Positions 12,877-25,575 of a DNA stretch of 64,000 nucleotides are shown in pieces (within the stretch, counting starts at the first letter, position 1; each line of letters starts with the position of its first letter). The translations under genes and the position numbers were made by a program. Origin of the DNA: Centroscyllium fabricii. Lineage: Eukaryota. Under the pieces are notes generated by a model. It was given only the letters and a program-made list of their open reading frames with translations. It was not told where the DNA came from and did not search any database. The stretch is from positions 91,760,001 through 91,824,000 of the forward strand of contig JBNRSN020000005.1 of assembly GCA_051313645.2 (NCBI GenBank), written 5' to 3'.

Positions 12877-13186
12877 AGTTATTTAACAAAGTAGCATACC
12901 ATCTCCAACAGCATAGTTACTTTCTAATTCTGTCGGTCTTTTTAGGATTGTGGTTCACTATGGTGTGATTTAAGGCACTTATTTCACACTCTCTAGGTGA
13001 TTGAGAGAAGGGTTTCATAATTTATTGATCAGTTCAGTAGGTGAGATTTGTGCTTCTGTTGTTCTGTTTATTGTTGCTTGACCAGTGATTGACCTTCACA
13101 GGTTTTTTGGTGGTAAGGCAGCTTTAGGGCACTGCAAAGTACATGCAAAGTACATGCAAAGTGGTCCCAGTAAAGATATAAAATAT

Positions 13187-13907
13187 GGGTCCAAGTGCAA
13201 AATTCCAGTCAGCGCATATCGGGTTTAAGCCCTGATGCGAGCGCACCAGAGCTTAAACCCGCAGGAAGCAGCCAGAGCGCACGCTTTGGGATTTCCTGTG
13301 CCGCCCAGCGGGGGGGGGTCGCTGCTTCCTGCGAGATCCAGCGCAGGAAGCAGTGAACTACGGGAGCGCCCAGACTTCCCGATGTTTTTTTCTACGGACC
13401 AAGAGAAGAAAATTCAAGGCTGGAAAAAAGGAGTCGTTAACACCCGTTTTCATCTGGTAAGTGTGTATTTTATTGATTTTAATTGTTTTTTCAGGTTTTT
13501 TAGACCCGTTGGAAGTGAAAAAATTTTTTTGCCAATTTTTATTTTTTCTTTAAAATAGGTTATTTGTGTTAGTTGGGGTAATGTTTAAAAAATGTGGTGT
13601 TTGTAAAATTTTATTTTTGTGTTTAGATGTCTTTTGAGAATCTCTCTTCAAAACTCGCACAGATTTCTCTGTGGAAGTTTTAAACGGAGAATTGCTTCCA
13701 CTGATTGGCTCCCTGCCAATCACGTGGTCTCAAAAGCCACTTTGCACTAATTACGCCCTTCAGATGCCCATGAAACTCGCATGGAGCTCTGACAGGCTGG
13801 GCTAACGGGAATTTCTCAGTGCAAAAAAGCAAAACTGAATATGGGCAATCAAAGTGCGTTAAGCAGGTTCTGCACCCGCACGAAGGCTCCACTGCAATTT
13901 CTGGGCC
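13187..13907. mobile_element. Non-autonomous Harbinger-like DNA element
   Basis: Right end gcaatttctgggcc; homologous along its length to 47172-47958 (cacccgtttt...ggtaagt, gattggctccctgcc, cacgaaggctcc). Confidence 0.65.
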
Positions 13908-14503
13908 ATTGTTTAAATGCTGCTAGTGATCACTATGCATGTACTGTAGTTTGTAATAAATGAGAGTTTTTGAATTATCCTCAATGATTTCTTCAATTGC
14001 ACGGTAAGCTCAGTTACATCCACATCACTGCCAACTTCAAGTAAATAGAAGCTCTAATTTTAGAGTCAATTTATTTGTGTAATTTGATGATAAATACGAC
14101 TGCTGGAGGACTGAAGCTGCTCACTTTAGGAATCATGGTGGCTGTTTTAAGCTGTTGTAGGAGAGGGTTGAGTGCTTTTTAAAGATATGTATTGTGAATG
14201 TAAGCAGCACTCGAGCAGTTGAACTCCATTAATGTTGGATCTAAGGCTATAAGAAAGATTTCCACATGTCATGAGCTCACCTTCATATGATTGAAGTAAA
14301 ATGTGATGAATGCTACATGAGATTTAAGTTGTCTTCACAGCCATACATTGTATATTTATGCAGATTTTATAGACCTCTTTAATGCGCTAGATGTTAGTTA
14401 TTTCACACAAGTGACTTTCTCTAATTCTAAAACACACTCTGGCTCCCTGAAAATGGCACTCTGGATTTTAAATATCCTTTGAATGGGATATGTTTTAGCT
14501 TAA

Positions 14504-15548
14504 GGCCCTGTCACACCTAGACGATTAAGCCAGCGTATGTAGTTATTTTTGAAGACCTGTTCCCAGGCCTCTGCTGATGTCACTCTTTAGTCAGACACCG
14601 TCACATGCATGAGTGTGAGCGACGCAAGATTGCTGGCCCTTCAAATAATGCTCGACTTCTAGTCGCTCCCTCCCTCCTGTTAGTGCGGTTATAGATACTG
14701 TACATCACTCTTAGAACTAATTATCCTGATACTTTTAATGTCCTACCATTGAAGAGCCTCTGTCCCATATATAGAAAGGTTTGACCTTAACAGTACATCT
14801 TTTGTAATATGTCTTATGTCACTAACTGACTGAATGCACTAACTGACTGAATGCAGTACTTTCAAGTTCAGATTCCAGTAATGGTGACTTCAGTGCATAA
14901 GAGATCCAAAAATGCAAGCCCTCTGCATTATCCATAGCACACTGTTGACATCTGAAGGCCCTGTCACACCTAGACTTTTTAGCCAGCGTATGCAAATTTG
15001 GCTAAAACGCTGAACTTTTGACCTTTTTTTTCAGTTTTGGGCGTATAATAGCGTATTCATAACGTATTAGACGTATGCATAACGTATTAGTAACGTACAC
15101 AGAGCGTATCAATAACTTACAGATAACTTATACCAACGAATGCTTAGCGTTCACAACTTATGCCCAACGATAGTCTAACGTATGCATAGCGCGCGGCAGC
15201 GTATCGCCGACGTTTTAGATAAATTTTGATAAATTGGAAAACGCTAGCTTAAATCGTCAAGGTGTGACAGGGCATGACAGGGGAAAGGTAATGTGTGTTC
15301 AACGATCGCCTAACGTGCCTACAACGTATGGCCAGTGTATGTGGAACGTAGAAATTGTAACATTGATACGTCGTGATTTTTTGTGCATGCACAAAAAATC
15401 ACGACTTAAACGACGTATACAACCTATGGCCAGCGTATGCCAACGTGCTCTTAACGTCTGCATAACGTACCCATAACGTATCCGACGTAACCCGGCGTAT
15501 GAGCCAAATTTGCATACGCTGGCTTAATCGTCTAGGTGTGACAGGGCC
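14504..15548. mobile_element. TTAA-flanked non-autonomous TIR element (Kolobok- or Harbinger-like), composite
   Basis: Perfect 36-bp TIR GGCCCTGTCACACCTAGACGATTAAGCCAGCGTATG (14504-14539 / 15513-15548); TTAA on both sides; extra internal TIR copies at about 14958 and 15245-15272. Confidence 0.88.
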
Positions 15549-15926
15549 TTAACACAATGACATTCGAATCACTTCCTTAAGGGGTTAAACTACTATTTGT
15601 AGAATGTTTTTCTTTGTGTCTGATAAGGGACTATTTTTGGATGAAACCAATTTGTCCCTTTCAGATACAAATTATATACAATCATAATCAACATCTTCAT
15701 TGACTGCGAGTTCAGAGCTCCTGCCAGAACTGAAGGCTATGGGCGAATGCTCCAGTACTTATTTCATAGACAGGCCTCAACTGTCAAGCATCCAAAAATA
15801 AAGACACGAGGAAGAATTATTGCATACAGTGCTAATAGGCAAGTGCTCACATGTTGTCTGAGCTCCAAGTAACCCTTAATGCCTTGACCATGGTAAATTC
15901 AATTGTCACCTAGAAAGCCTGTATTA

Positions 15927-16142
15927 ACATAGAAACATAGAAGATAGGAGGAGTAGTAGGCCATTCGGCCCCTGGAGCCTGCTCCGCCATTCAATGAGAT
16001 CATGACTGATCATCCAAACTCAATTCAATTCAATTTTATTTGTCACATGCACTAAATACAACAAGTGTAATCTAGACAGTGAAATGCTTTCTCCACGGTT
16101 CGAATGCAACAACTCAGTACCCTGTCCCTGCCTTCTCCCCAT
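15927..16142 (-). mobile_element. CR1 3' tail interrupted by a short LINE tail (about 16023-16110)
   Basis: CR1 tail as at 2871; the insert has an (aattc)n tail and is flanked by AACTCA on both sides. Confidence 0.65.
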
Positions 16143-16177
16143 ATCCCTTGATCCCTTTAGTATTCTGATTCATTTGA

Positions 16178-16302
16178 ATGTGGAGGTGCCGGTGTTGGAC
16201 TGGGGTGGACAAATGCAAGAAGTCACACAACACCAGATTATAGTCCAACAGTTTTATTTTAAATCACAAGCTTTCGGAGCGTCTGCCCCTTCGTCAGGTG
16301 GA
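16178..16302 (-). mobile_element. Penelope-like terminal fragment, second family, with a hammerhead motif
   Basis: Minus strand CAC CTGACGA AGGGGC AGAC GCTCC GAAA GCTT GTG...ccccagtccaacaccggcacctccaca. Confidence 0.7.
16265..16300 (-). ncRNA. Minimal type I hammerhead ribozyme motif (intact core)
   Basis: CUGACGA and GAAA cores; stem II GGGGC/GCUCC; palindromic AGCU stem III; CUU triplet; stem I CAC/GUG. Confidence 0.7.
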
Positions 16303-16796
16303 CAGAGAGAGACTGACTTAAAGATCACATATTGGAGAAAGGGAGAAATCCGATCTCTTCCACATCTCACCCTAGAGACAGAGAGCACACAAAGGCATAT
16401 TAACATATTTTAACACCTCAGTCTGCGAGCAATGAGGCACAGTCGCAAGGGGGGTCAAATGCTGCAAAACACACTGATTTAAAAAAAGGGAATTTCCTTA
16501 CAAGACAAAAATGTCCCTAGTCCGGATGACTCTACGTCAGGCGGGACATCAAAGCAGTCCAAGATTTTCCAACATATCAAAAGGGTGCAGTCACAGGGTC
16601 AAATGTTAGTCTGCTGTAAATCCCACAGAATGATTTTTTTTTTTTTAAATAAAAACCATGATTTTTCTTACTTAAAATCGCAGAACAAGCAATTTGAAGG
16701 TCAATCAGCCTGGCCTGGTGCTAATGGACAATTCATTTCCTCTCTTTCATTTTGAAATTTGCTAAGGGAAGGCAACTTCCATTTCAACTCTAGCTA

Positions 16797-16897
16797 ATAA
16801 AAAACAGAAACTGCTGGATACACTCAGCAGGTCAGGCAGCATCAGTGAAGAGAGGAACAGAGTTAACATTTCAGGTTGATGACCTTTCATCAACTCT
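16797..16897 (-). mobile_element. Penelope-like terminal fragment with a mutated hammerhead
   Basis: Minus strand TTGATGAaaggtcatcaacctGAAATGTTaact...gatgctgcctgacctgctgag. Confidence 0.65.
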
Positions 16898-17488
16898 AGC
16901 TACTTAGAAACTGCATGAACTAAAGACAGAATTTCCCTATATTGTCACAAGGTAATTCTAACCGGTCTGCAACTGAACTATTATCTGAAACTTGAGAGAT
17001 AGCAGATAATGGCCTGTAAATGCTGCAGAAGTTGAACCCAATTTACCATAACTGAAATTAAAGACCAATATATCTAATGATATTTGACAGTTGAAAATTG
17101 ACGAGGTTAGTTTGACGATAGCCTCATTAAGTAATGTTGATTTTCGGCCCACTCTCCTTTCCCTGCTGAATAAGCCTGAAAGGTTAATTGTCTCTGAGGC
17201 CCGTGATCTCTGAGCAGACTGAATCAGATGTATGTATGTGAGCCATCAAGTGCTAATAATTACATCTCTGCTGATCCTTCCAAAGCAAAGGTCAAAACCT
17301 AAAGGATTTCAAGAGTGCTATTCTCTTTATCTGCGGACTTCCAAGAACCTAGCATTGTACTCAATCTGAGGTCTGGAAACCGAAGCTCAAACTGGTAAAA
17401 CTTAACACGGAGGACTAACTTCCTTTGTACTACCGATGAATTTTACCCTAAAATATTTAGATCTTTTAAGCTTCCAAATGAAATTTCA

Positions 17489-18010
17489 TATCATAGAATC
17501 ATAGAAACTTTACAGTGCGGATAAAGGCCATTCGGCCCATCCAGTCCGCACCGGCCCAGGAAACTCCTCACTATACTAACCCCATTTGCCCGCACCTGGC
17601 CCATAACCCTGTATGTTACGGTCCTTCGTGTGCCGGTCCAAATATTTTTTAAATGGTGCGATGGTTTCTGCCTCCACCACCCTTACAGGCAGGGAGTTCC
17701 ACACTTCCACCACCCTCTGAGTAAAGAAATTTCTCCTTACCTCCCCCCTAAACCTCCCCCCCCTAATCTTGAATCTATGTCCCCTAGTACTTGACTCTCC
17801 CACCAAGGGAAACAATGCCCCTTTATCCACCCTATCGTGTCCTCTCATGATCCTGTACACCTCAATCATGTCACCCCTCAATCTTCTCTTCTCCAAGGCA
17901 AACAACCCCAGCCTGTCCAGCCTTTCCTCGTAGCATAAGTCCCCCAGACCAGGTATCATCCTGGTAAACCTTCTCTGCACCCTCTCCAGGGCAACCACAT
18001 CCTTCCTGAA
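17489..18010 (-). mobile_element. CR1 (HER1-like) 3' fragment
   Basis: Open ORF2 C-terminus ALERVQRRFTRMIPG...FFTQRVV and an (attctatg)n tail. Confidence 0.88.
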
Positions 18011-18564
18011 GTCAGAACTTTAATGAAAATTAAAATTATACCTTGGCTTTGGTCAAGCTATAGCTGAATCCTGGGTGAAAGATTTGCATTTCTTGGTTAA
18101 AAACATCTCATTCCAACTTTAAATGTAAAAGTATGTCCAATAATGCACTGCAACTAAGTATTCATAAAATACAGTAATTTTTCTAACAGCATATTACAAT
18201 TTATATTAATTTGACAGCATCTCCTTTCTCTGTGACCGATACCACTGAGAAGGACATCATTGTGGGATTACCATTATCACAAGGACTACAGCGTTTCAAG
18301 GCAGCCCACCCCCACCTTCTCAAGGCAACTAGGGATGGCAATAATTGCGGCCTTAGCAATGTTGCCCACATTGAGAGGACAAATATTTTCAATACTAATG
18401 CAATAAAAAGCATTTTTTACAAAAATAAAACATATTTACTGCCTATAAATGCAAGTTCTTTCTACTGGTTAAAAGTTATAATAACCAGTCAGGCTAATGT
18501 CAGTGGTGGGGAAACTTCTACAGACCATAATCTGGGACAAAATAAATTATCACTTAGAAGAACA

Positions 18565-19730
18565 AGAATGACAGCCAACATGGATTTGTTAAAAGTAAAT
18601 CCTGTCTGACAAACTTGATTGAGTTCTTCAATGAAATAACAGAGGGTTGATGAAGATAGTGCAGCTAATGTTGTGTATATGGACTTTTAGAAGATGTTTG
18701 ATAAAGTGCCACTTAAAGGCTTGCTGGCAAAATTGAAGCCCATGGGATAAAAGGGGCAGTGAGCGCGTGAGTACGAAATTGGCTCAGAGAAAGAAAGCAG
18801 AGAGTAGTGGTGAACGGTTGTTTTAATAACCGGAGGAAAGTATACAGTGGCGTCTCCCAGGGATCAGTATTCGGACCCCTGCTCTTTTTGATGTATATTA
18901 ATAACCTAGACTTGGGTATACAAGGCATAATTTCAAAGTTTGCAGAGGGCACAAAACTTGGAAATGTAGTAAACAGTGAGGAGGATAAACTCAGACTTCA
19001 GGAGGACATAGACTGGTGAAATGGGCAGAGACATGGCAGATGAAATTTAATGCAGATACGTGTGAGTGATTCAATTTTAGAAGGAAAAATGACAGGAGGC
19101 AATATAAATTAAATGGTACAATTTTAAAGGGGATGCAGGAAAAGAGACCTGGGGGTTCACATACACAAATCTTTGAAGGTAGCAGGACAAGTTGATAAAG
19201 CTGTTAAAAAAAGAAGCATACGGGATTGTTGGCTTTATAATGGAGGCAGGGTACAAAAGCAAGGAGGTTATGGTACACCTTTATAAATCACTGGTTAGGC
19301 CTCAGCTAGAATATTCTCCTAATTCCCCTGTTAGATTTAACATAATTGCCAAAAAAAATCCATGTCCTTTGGCTACTGATTCTCCTGTCAGTGGAATCAG
19401 TTTCTCTCAATCTACAGTATCTACACTGACAGGAGAAACAGTAGCCAAAGGACATAGGTTTAACATAATTGCCAAAAAAATCCAAGAGGGGAATTAGGAG
19501 AATTTTTTTATGCAGCAAATTGTTACGATCTGTATTGCACTACCTGAAAGGGTGGTGGAACCAGATTCAATAGTAACTTTCAAAAGGGATTTGGATAAGG
19601 AGAAATTTGCATGGCTATGGGGAAGGAGCAGGGGGCTGGGACTAATTGGATTGCTGTTTCAAAGAGCCGGCACAGACACGATGGGCCGAATGGCCTCCTC
19701 CTGTGCTGTAAGATTCTATGACTCTAAGTA
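18565..19730 (+). mobile_element. Old CR1 RT fragment with an internal rearrangement
   Basis: SGVSQGSVFGP and KFAEGTKL motifs; inverted/duplicated patch at 19313-19503. Confidence 0.8.
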
Positions 19731-20092
19731 CAAACTAACATCTAAATTACTGTAAAGTGTGACATGGGCTTCTGAAGAAGACAAATAATTAGATTTCTTA
19801 TAACTGCCTTAACTTATTCAGGCTATTTACAAAGACCTCATTTCACATGAAAGGTTTTCATCAATACATTGTACTATTAGCATTGCATGTTGAGAACAAA
19901 AATCAACATATTGAATCTCTGATGTCGATAATTTATCACTTCAATAGAAGGGAATGATTGTCAAAGCTCTCAGTTCTCTTTAATGAGATTCAGTTGTGCC
20001 ATGAAACAATCAGACATACAAAGGTCTGGGGTTTACAGTGAAGATCAATTCATCTGATTAAAAGGTGAAAACATATTATATTTGGCTAATTA

Positions 20093-20470
20093 GGGTGGCA
20101 CGGTGGCATAGTGGTTAGCACTGTTGCCTTACAGCACTAGAGACTCGGGTTCAGTTCAAATCCAGCCTCGGGTACTATCTGTGTGGAGTTTGCACATTCT
20201 CCCCATGTCTGCGTGGGTTTCCTCCGGGAGCTCCGGTTTCCTCTCACAGTCCAAAGATGTGCGGGTTAGGTTGATTGGCCATGATAAATTGACCCTTAGT
20301 GTTCGGGGGATTGAATATGTGGGGTTACGGGGATAGGGTGGGATGTGTGTCGGTGCAGGCTCGATAGGGATCGAGGGATATGGGGACAGGGCATGATCTC
20401 ATTGAATGGCGGAGCAGGCTCGAAGGGCCGAATGGCCTACTCCAGCTCCTATCTTCCATGTTTCTATGTA
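20093..20470 (+). mobile_element. HE1-like V-SINE (tRNA head, V-domain, CR1 tail)
   Basis: Box A tggcatagtgg and box B ggttca; V-core tgtgtggagtttgcacattctcccc...cagtccaaagatg; 3' tail near-identical to local CR1 tails. Confidence 0.88.
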
Positions 20471-20938
20471 ATTAAATAAATATGATGCCTACTGCTTGTT
20501 CAAAATGATTTTACAATTTTCCAATTAAAGCTTCTGAAAATATTTTAAAAATCAAAAAAACTCATGGGAATGATTGCCGATCAAGTTTTTTTACGAACAG
20601 CTTTAGAAATCTAAATGGCAATCGGGAGCAGGCTGGTCAGTCAAACCGAGCAATTAGACAGGATTGTATTCATAACTCCCCATGGGCTGAATTTTTACAT
20701 TGAACAGAGTGCGTGTTTGCGAGCGGGTGGGCAGTTAAAAGCGCTGAAATTGACAGTGTGTCGGGAAACCAGCCTCAACCTGCCAGCTTCCACCTTTACC
20801 TCAGGCGGGTTAGTCAGTGCGCCAGAGAGTTAGTTTTCCGGAGTTTGCAGGTGATTTCTACAACTTCGGAAGTCACTCTCATAACCTTGGCGTTTTGAAC
20901 CTCTGATCTCCACTTTACCTGGTGTATATCAGATCAGC

Positions 20939-22036
20939 ATGGGTGCTGCTTATGCTGTTTCACCTTGCATCACAGATTTGGACCAAGCTGAGCCTCAGCA
21001 GCACCAATACTAGCAGGAGCAGCAGCAGCCTTCTCCTCACTGACCTGCTGCTCCACAGGAGGGGATGAGCACAGGGGTACACCCCCATCACAGGGTATAC
21101 AGGCAGAGGATCAGCTTCCTGGGCATGACTAAACAACAGTGCCTCAGGAGGCTCAGGCTATCGTGTCATGTCGTGGTAGACATTTATAGCTTGCTGGAAG
21201 AAGACCTGCTGCCAAGTGGACCTGGTGGACAAGCGTTACCAGTCAAAGTCACCACCGCCCTCAACCTCTTCTCAGGCTCCTTCCAAGGATCTGCAGGAGA
21301 CATTTGCAGGATCTCGCAGTCGGCCACCCATAAATGCATCGCCCAGGAGATCGATGCCATGTTTGACAAGTCAGGTACTGATGTACACTTTGCCACTGAT
21401 GATGCCAGTGTTAGAGTGGGTACTCGGCTTTGCGGCTCTGGCTGGCTTCCCATAGGTGCAGGGCATCATTGACATGTCCCCATCAAGGCACTCCCAGATC
21501 ACCCAGGAGTGTTCGTGAACCATAAGGGCTTCCACTCCATGAATGTGCAGCTCATCTACAACCACAAAAAGATCATCACGCATGTGTGTGCCAGATTCCC
21601 AGGCAGCTGTCATGATTCATTCATCCTGTGCCAGTCCACCCTCCCTCAGTTCTTCGCATCTCCGACCAGACTTAACAGCTGGCTGCTTGGAGACAAGTGG
21701 TAGCTAATGACATTCTAGAGAAGGCCAAGCAATGAGGCCAAAGAGAGCTACAATCAAAGCCAGATGACAATGAAATGTGTAACAGAGCAAGCAATCAGAA
21801 TGCTGAAGATGGGTGTCAGATGTCTGGACATATCTGGAGGAGCCCTTCAATACGTACTAGCCAGGGTCCCCAGAATGATCCTGGTATGCTGCACTCTGCG
21901 AGGATTGGAGCTGCAGGAGGAGCAAGGCGTAGGGGCCTCTTCAGAGGAGGAACCTGAAGTGGACATGGCACCAGCAGTGGCGCACACTGCTGTATGGGAG
22001 GCCCAAGATGGCCTCATAATGGCACAATTTAGTTAA
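20939..22036 (+). pseudogene. Harbinger (HARBI1-like) DDE transposase pseudogene
   Basis: Frameshifted pieces [47 protein letters not shown] and EQAIRMLKM. Confidence 0.88.
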
Positions 22037-22256
22037 GTTGCACAAGTGCACCCCATATGACACCCAGATATTAAAACAGTCCTAAAATGGCCAAACTATT
22101 CCTGTGGCACACACCCATTGCTTGAGGTTAAGTACTGTCTTACCATTTATTCTGACAGGACCACCTGCCAGGCAGCAGGCAAAAATGGACAAGACAGGAA
22201 AGTAGTACAAAGAAATAATTTTATGTGGCTCATAACTTCAACAGGACCGTAACCAG

Positions 22257-25200
22257 CTAACATTTTATAACGCACCCATGTGCATCTACAATTGTCTTCT
22301 TTCTCTTTCTATAACACCTACGCTGTGCAACCCCTGTGGCTTCGGCAGAGGTAGAGGCAGGCTGCTCACTTCCCTGCTCAGATACTCTTGGTGGACATCC
22401 TCTGGGTTTTGGAGCCTGTGAGGGTCCCGCCAAAGACTGCTCCTCCTGCACCTGTGCAGGGGCAGACTTGGCCATTGGGATACAAGGCAGCATGTGGGGC
22501 TCTGACTAATGGGTGGGGGGCAACGGGGGAGAAGTGGGAGCGCTTTGAGCAGAGTCTCCACTTCTATGTCCCCTCTCACCATCATCCCTCTTATGGCCCA
22601 CCCGCACTTCCCTGATAGCAGGGAGCCTCACTTTGCTGCACATCAGTGAGGCAATTAATGGCCAATTCTAGGTTTCTATCCATCCTGGATATGGTTGCAA
22701 TCAGAGTCTGCAAGCTGTTGTTCACAGCAGGCATACACTCATTTGATGCTTCATGTAGGTGGCCACCCTTTCCATGGACGAACACATCATAGCCATGGCC
22801 TGCAACATCATGCTGCTTATGTTAAGAACATAAGAAATAGGAGGAGTAGGCCATTCGGCCCTTTGAGCCTGCTCCGCCATTCAATGAGATCATGGCTGAT
22901 CTTCTGCCTCAACTCCATTCACCGGCCCTATCACCATATCCACTGATGCCCTTACTCGTCATAAATCTATCAACTTCGGTTTTGAATATACCCAATGACT
23001 GAGCCTCCACAGCCCTCTGTGAAGAAATTTCTTCTCATCTCAGTCCTGAATGGCCTACCCTTTATCCTGAGGCTGTGGCCCCTGGTTCTAGACTCCCCAG
23101 CCAAGGGAAACATTTTCCCTATCAAGCCCTGTAATAATTTTGTATGTTTCAATGAGATCTCATTCCATTCTTTTGAATTCAAGAGAATACAGGCCCAGGT
23201 TACTCAATCTCTTCTGATACGACAGTCCCGCCCATCCCAGGAATCAATCTCGTAAACCTTCATTGCACTCCCTCTATGGCAAGTATATCCTTCCTTAGGT
23301 AAGGAGACCAAAATTGTACACAGTACTCCAGGTGTGGTCTCACCAAGGTCCTATATAATTGGAGTAAAACTTCTTTACTCCTGTACTCAAATCCTCTTGT
23401 AATGAAGGGCAGCATACCATTTGCCTTCCTAATGGCTTTCTGCACCTGCACATTCACTTTGTGACTCATGTACAAGGACACGCAGGTCCCTTTGAGCATC
23501 TGCACTCCCCAATCTTTCACCATTTAGGAAATACTCTGCCTTTGTTTTTTCTACCAAAGTGGATAATTTCACATTTATCCACATTATATTCCAGCTGCCA
23601 TGTTCTCACCCACTCACTGAGCCTGTCGAGATCCCCTTGAAGCCTCTTCACAACTGACACTGCCACCTAGCTTTGTATCATCAGCAAATTTGGAAATGTT
23701 ACATTTAGTCCCCTCATCCAAATCATTGATATAAATTGTGAATAACTCGAGTTCAACCACCGATCCTTGTGGTATCCCACTAGTCACAGCCTGCCATCCT
23801 GAAAAAGACCCGTTTATCCCTACTCTTTGTTTTCTGTCTGTTAACCAATTCTCAATCCATGCTACTATATTACCCCCAATTCCATGTGCCCTAACTTTGT
23901 TCACCAACCTCTTGTGTGGGACCTTATCGAAGGCCTTCTGAAAATCCAAATATACATCTACTGGTTCCCCTTTTGTCTACTCCACTAGTTACATCCTCAA
24001 AGAACTCCAACAGGTTTGTCAAACAGGATTTCCCTTTCAGAAATCCATGTTGACTCTGCCCAATCTTACTATTAGTTTCTAATTGCCCAGTTATTGCATC
24101 CTTTATAATAGATTCCAGCATTTTCCCAACTACTGATGTGAGGCTAACAGGTCTGTAGTTCCCCGTTTTCTCTCTCCCTCCTTTCTTAAATAGCGGGTTT
24201 ACATTTGCTATCCTCCAATCTGCAGAATTTTGGAAGATGACAACCAATGTGTCCACTATTCCAATGGCCACCTCTTTCAAAACCCTAGGATGTAGGTCAT
24301 CCAGTCCTTGGAATTTATTGACTTTTAGTCCCATTAATTTTGCTAGTACTGTTTTTTTACTAATAGTAAATTCTTTAAGTTCCTCATTCTCACCACACCC
24401 TTGGTTTTCTTGTATTTCTGGAGATGGACTCCTCCATTCTCCCTACAATTGTGCACATCACAGCTGGAAAAACTGCCAGAGCCTCCCACATTTTTTGTTG
24501 CTCCTCAAGAATCATCCTCTTTGTGGACAGCCCCCGAGGTTCAGTGTCCAGCTGAGCACTGCTAGGAGCCTCCTGCACTCTCTGATGGGGACACTCCACT
24601 GCTGTCCCGGTCTCCACCATCTGCTCGTCACGTGATCTGTGAGACACCAGGTGACATTACTTTCTCTCACACTAGACCCACTGATGTGTATGTATCTGCG
24701 CTGGTGCTGGGTGTGCATGGGTCATGTGACGGTGCACCCTCAAGTCCGTGACCTCCTCCAAGTTGTCTTCCTCCTCTAGTTGGACAGTTGGGGGGGTGGA
24801 CACTTGATGGACCTGTGGGAGAGTAAAGACATGAATTAGAACTGTTACGATAAGCATGTTTTAAGTTACCATTATGCACATGATCATATTTCACTAGCTG
24901 CTGACATCAAGTCAACATGAGTGACTGTTGTGTGCCATGTAATATTTAATTCTATCACCAGCTAACTGGGAGGTTCCCCTCTTTCCATCTTCCACCACCA
25001 GCAGCTCCACAACACGGCTCATTTCCAGGGCCTCCTCTTCAGCGGTGTGGTGATTGGAGGGCCACTACCAGCTCACTGCCTCTCCCGGGTGTTGTGCTCT
25101 CTTCTCCTGCAAGGATGGAAATAAGAGACCTTTGAGTGAGAGTGATGGAATGAATGTAAAGGTTGGATAGGCAACATCTGTTGAGAGTGACTATGAGGGA

Positions 25201-25575
25201 GAGGTGTAACATTACATTAAGATGAGGGTGAGTGTCAGTAGTGGATGGTCAGTTGGGGATGTGAGTAAGTGCATAGACAGTGAGGGATGGGTGCACCTGC
25301 AAGGTAGGCTGGTGTGAGGAGTGATGTGCAGGAGTAGGATTGGAAATGCAGAGTGGGTTGGGATGACACACACATCAAGTTGTAGGGCAATGTAGCATTG
25401 CACTCACCTTTCCTGATCTCATGAGGTCATTAAAATGTGTTTTTGTCAGTGCCACTGGCCTCTTCCTCCCATCGGCAGGGTAGAGGATTTTCCTGCGGGT
25501 CCTGAATCCTTGGAGTAATATCTCTAAGGAAGCATCACTAAGTCTGGGAGCTCCTTTCAGCCTTTGACTCTGCAT
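22257..25575 (-). pseudogene. Harbinger Myb/SANT-like DNA-binding protein remnant (probably spliced; split by CR1)
   Basis: N-terminus APRLSDASLEILLQ...FNDL followed by a gtgagt donor; basic C-terminal RRCYRKRK; convergent with the transposase. Confidence 0.65.
22824..24420 (-). mobile_element. CR1 inserted into the Harbinger element
   Basis: [19 protein letters not shown] and RPHLEYC motifs; tail at 22824. Confidence 0.9.

Noticed and set aside
20093-20175. tRNA-like sequences (also at 37002 and 54270-54343)
   Set aside because: These are SINE heads continuous with SINE bodies and tails, not cloverleaf tRNA genes
20939-22036. Possible domesticated HARBI1 gene
   Set aside because: Multiple stops and frameshifts, and enclosed by TIRs and a TSD
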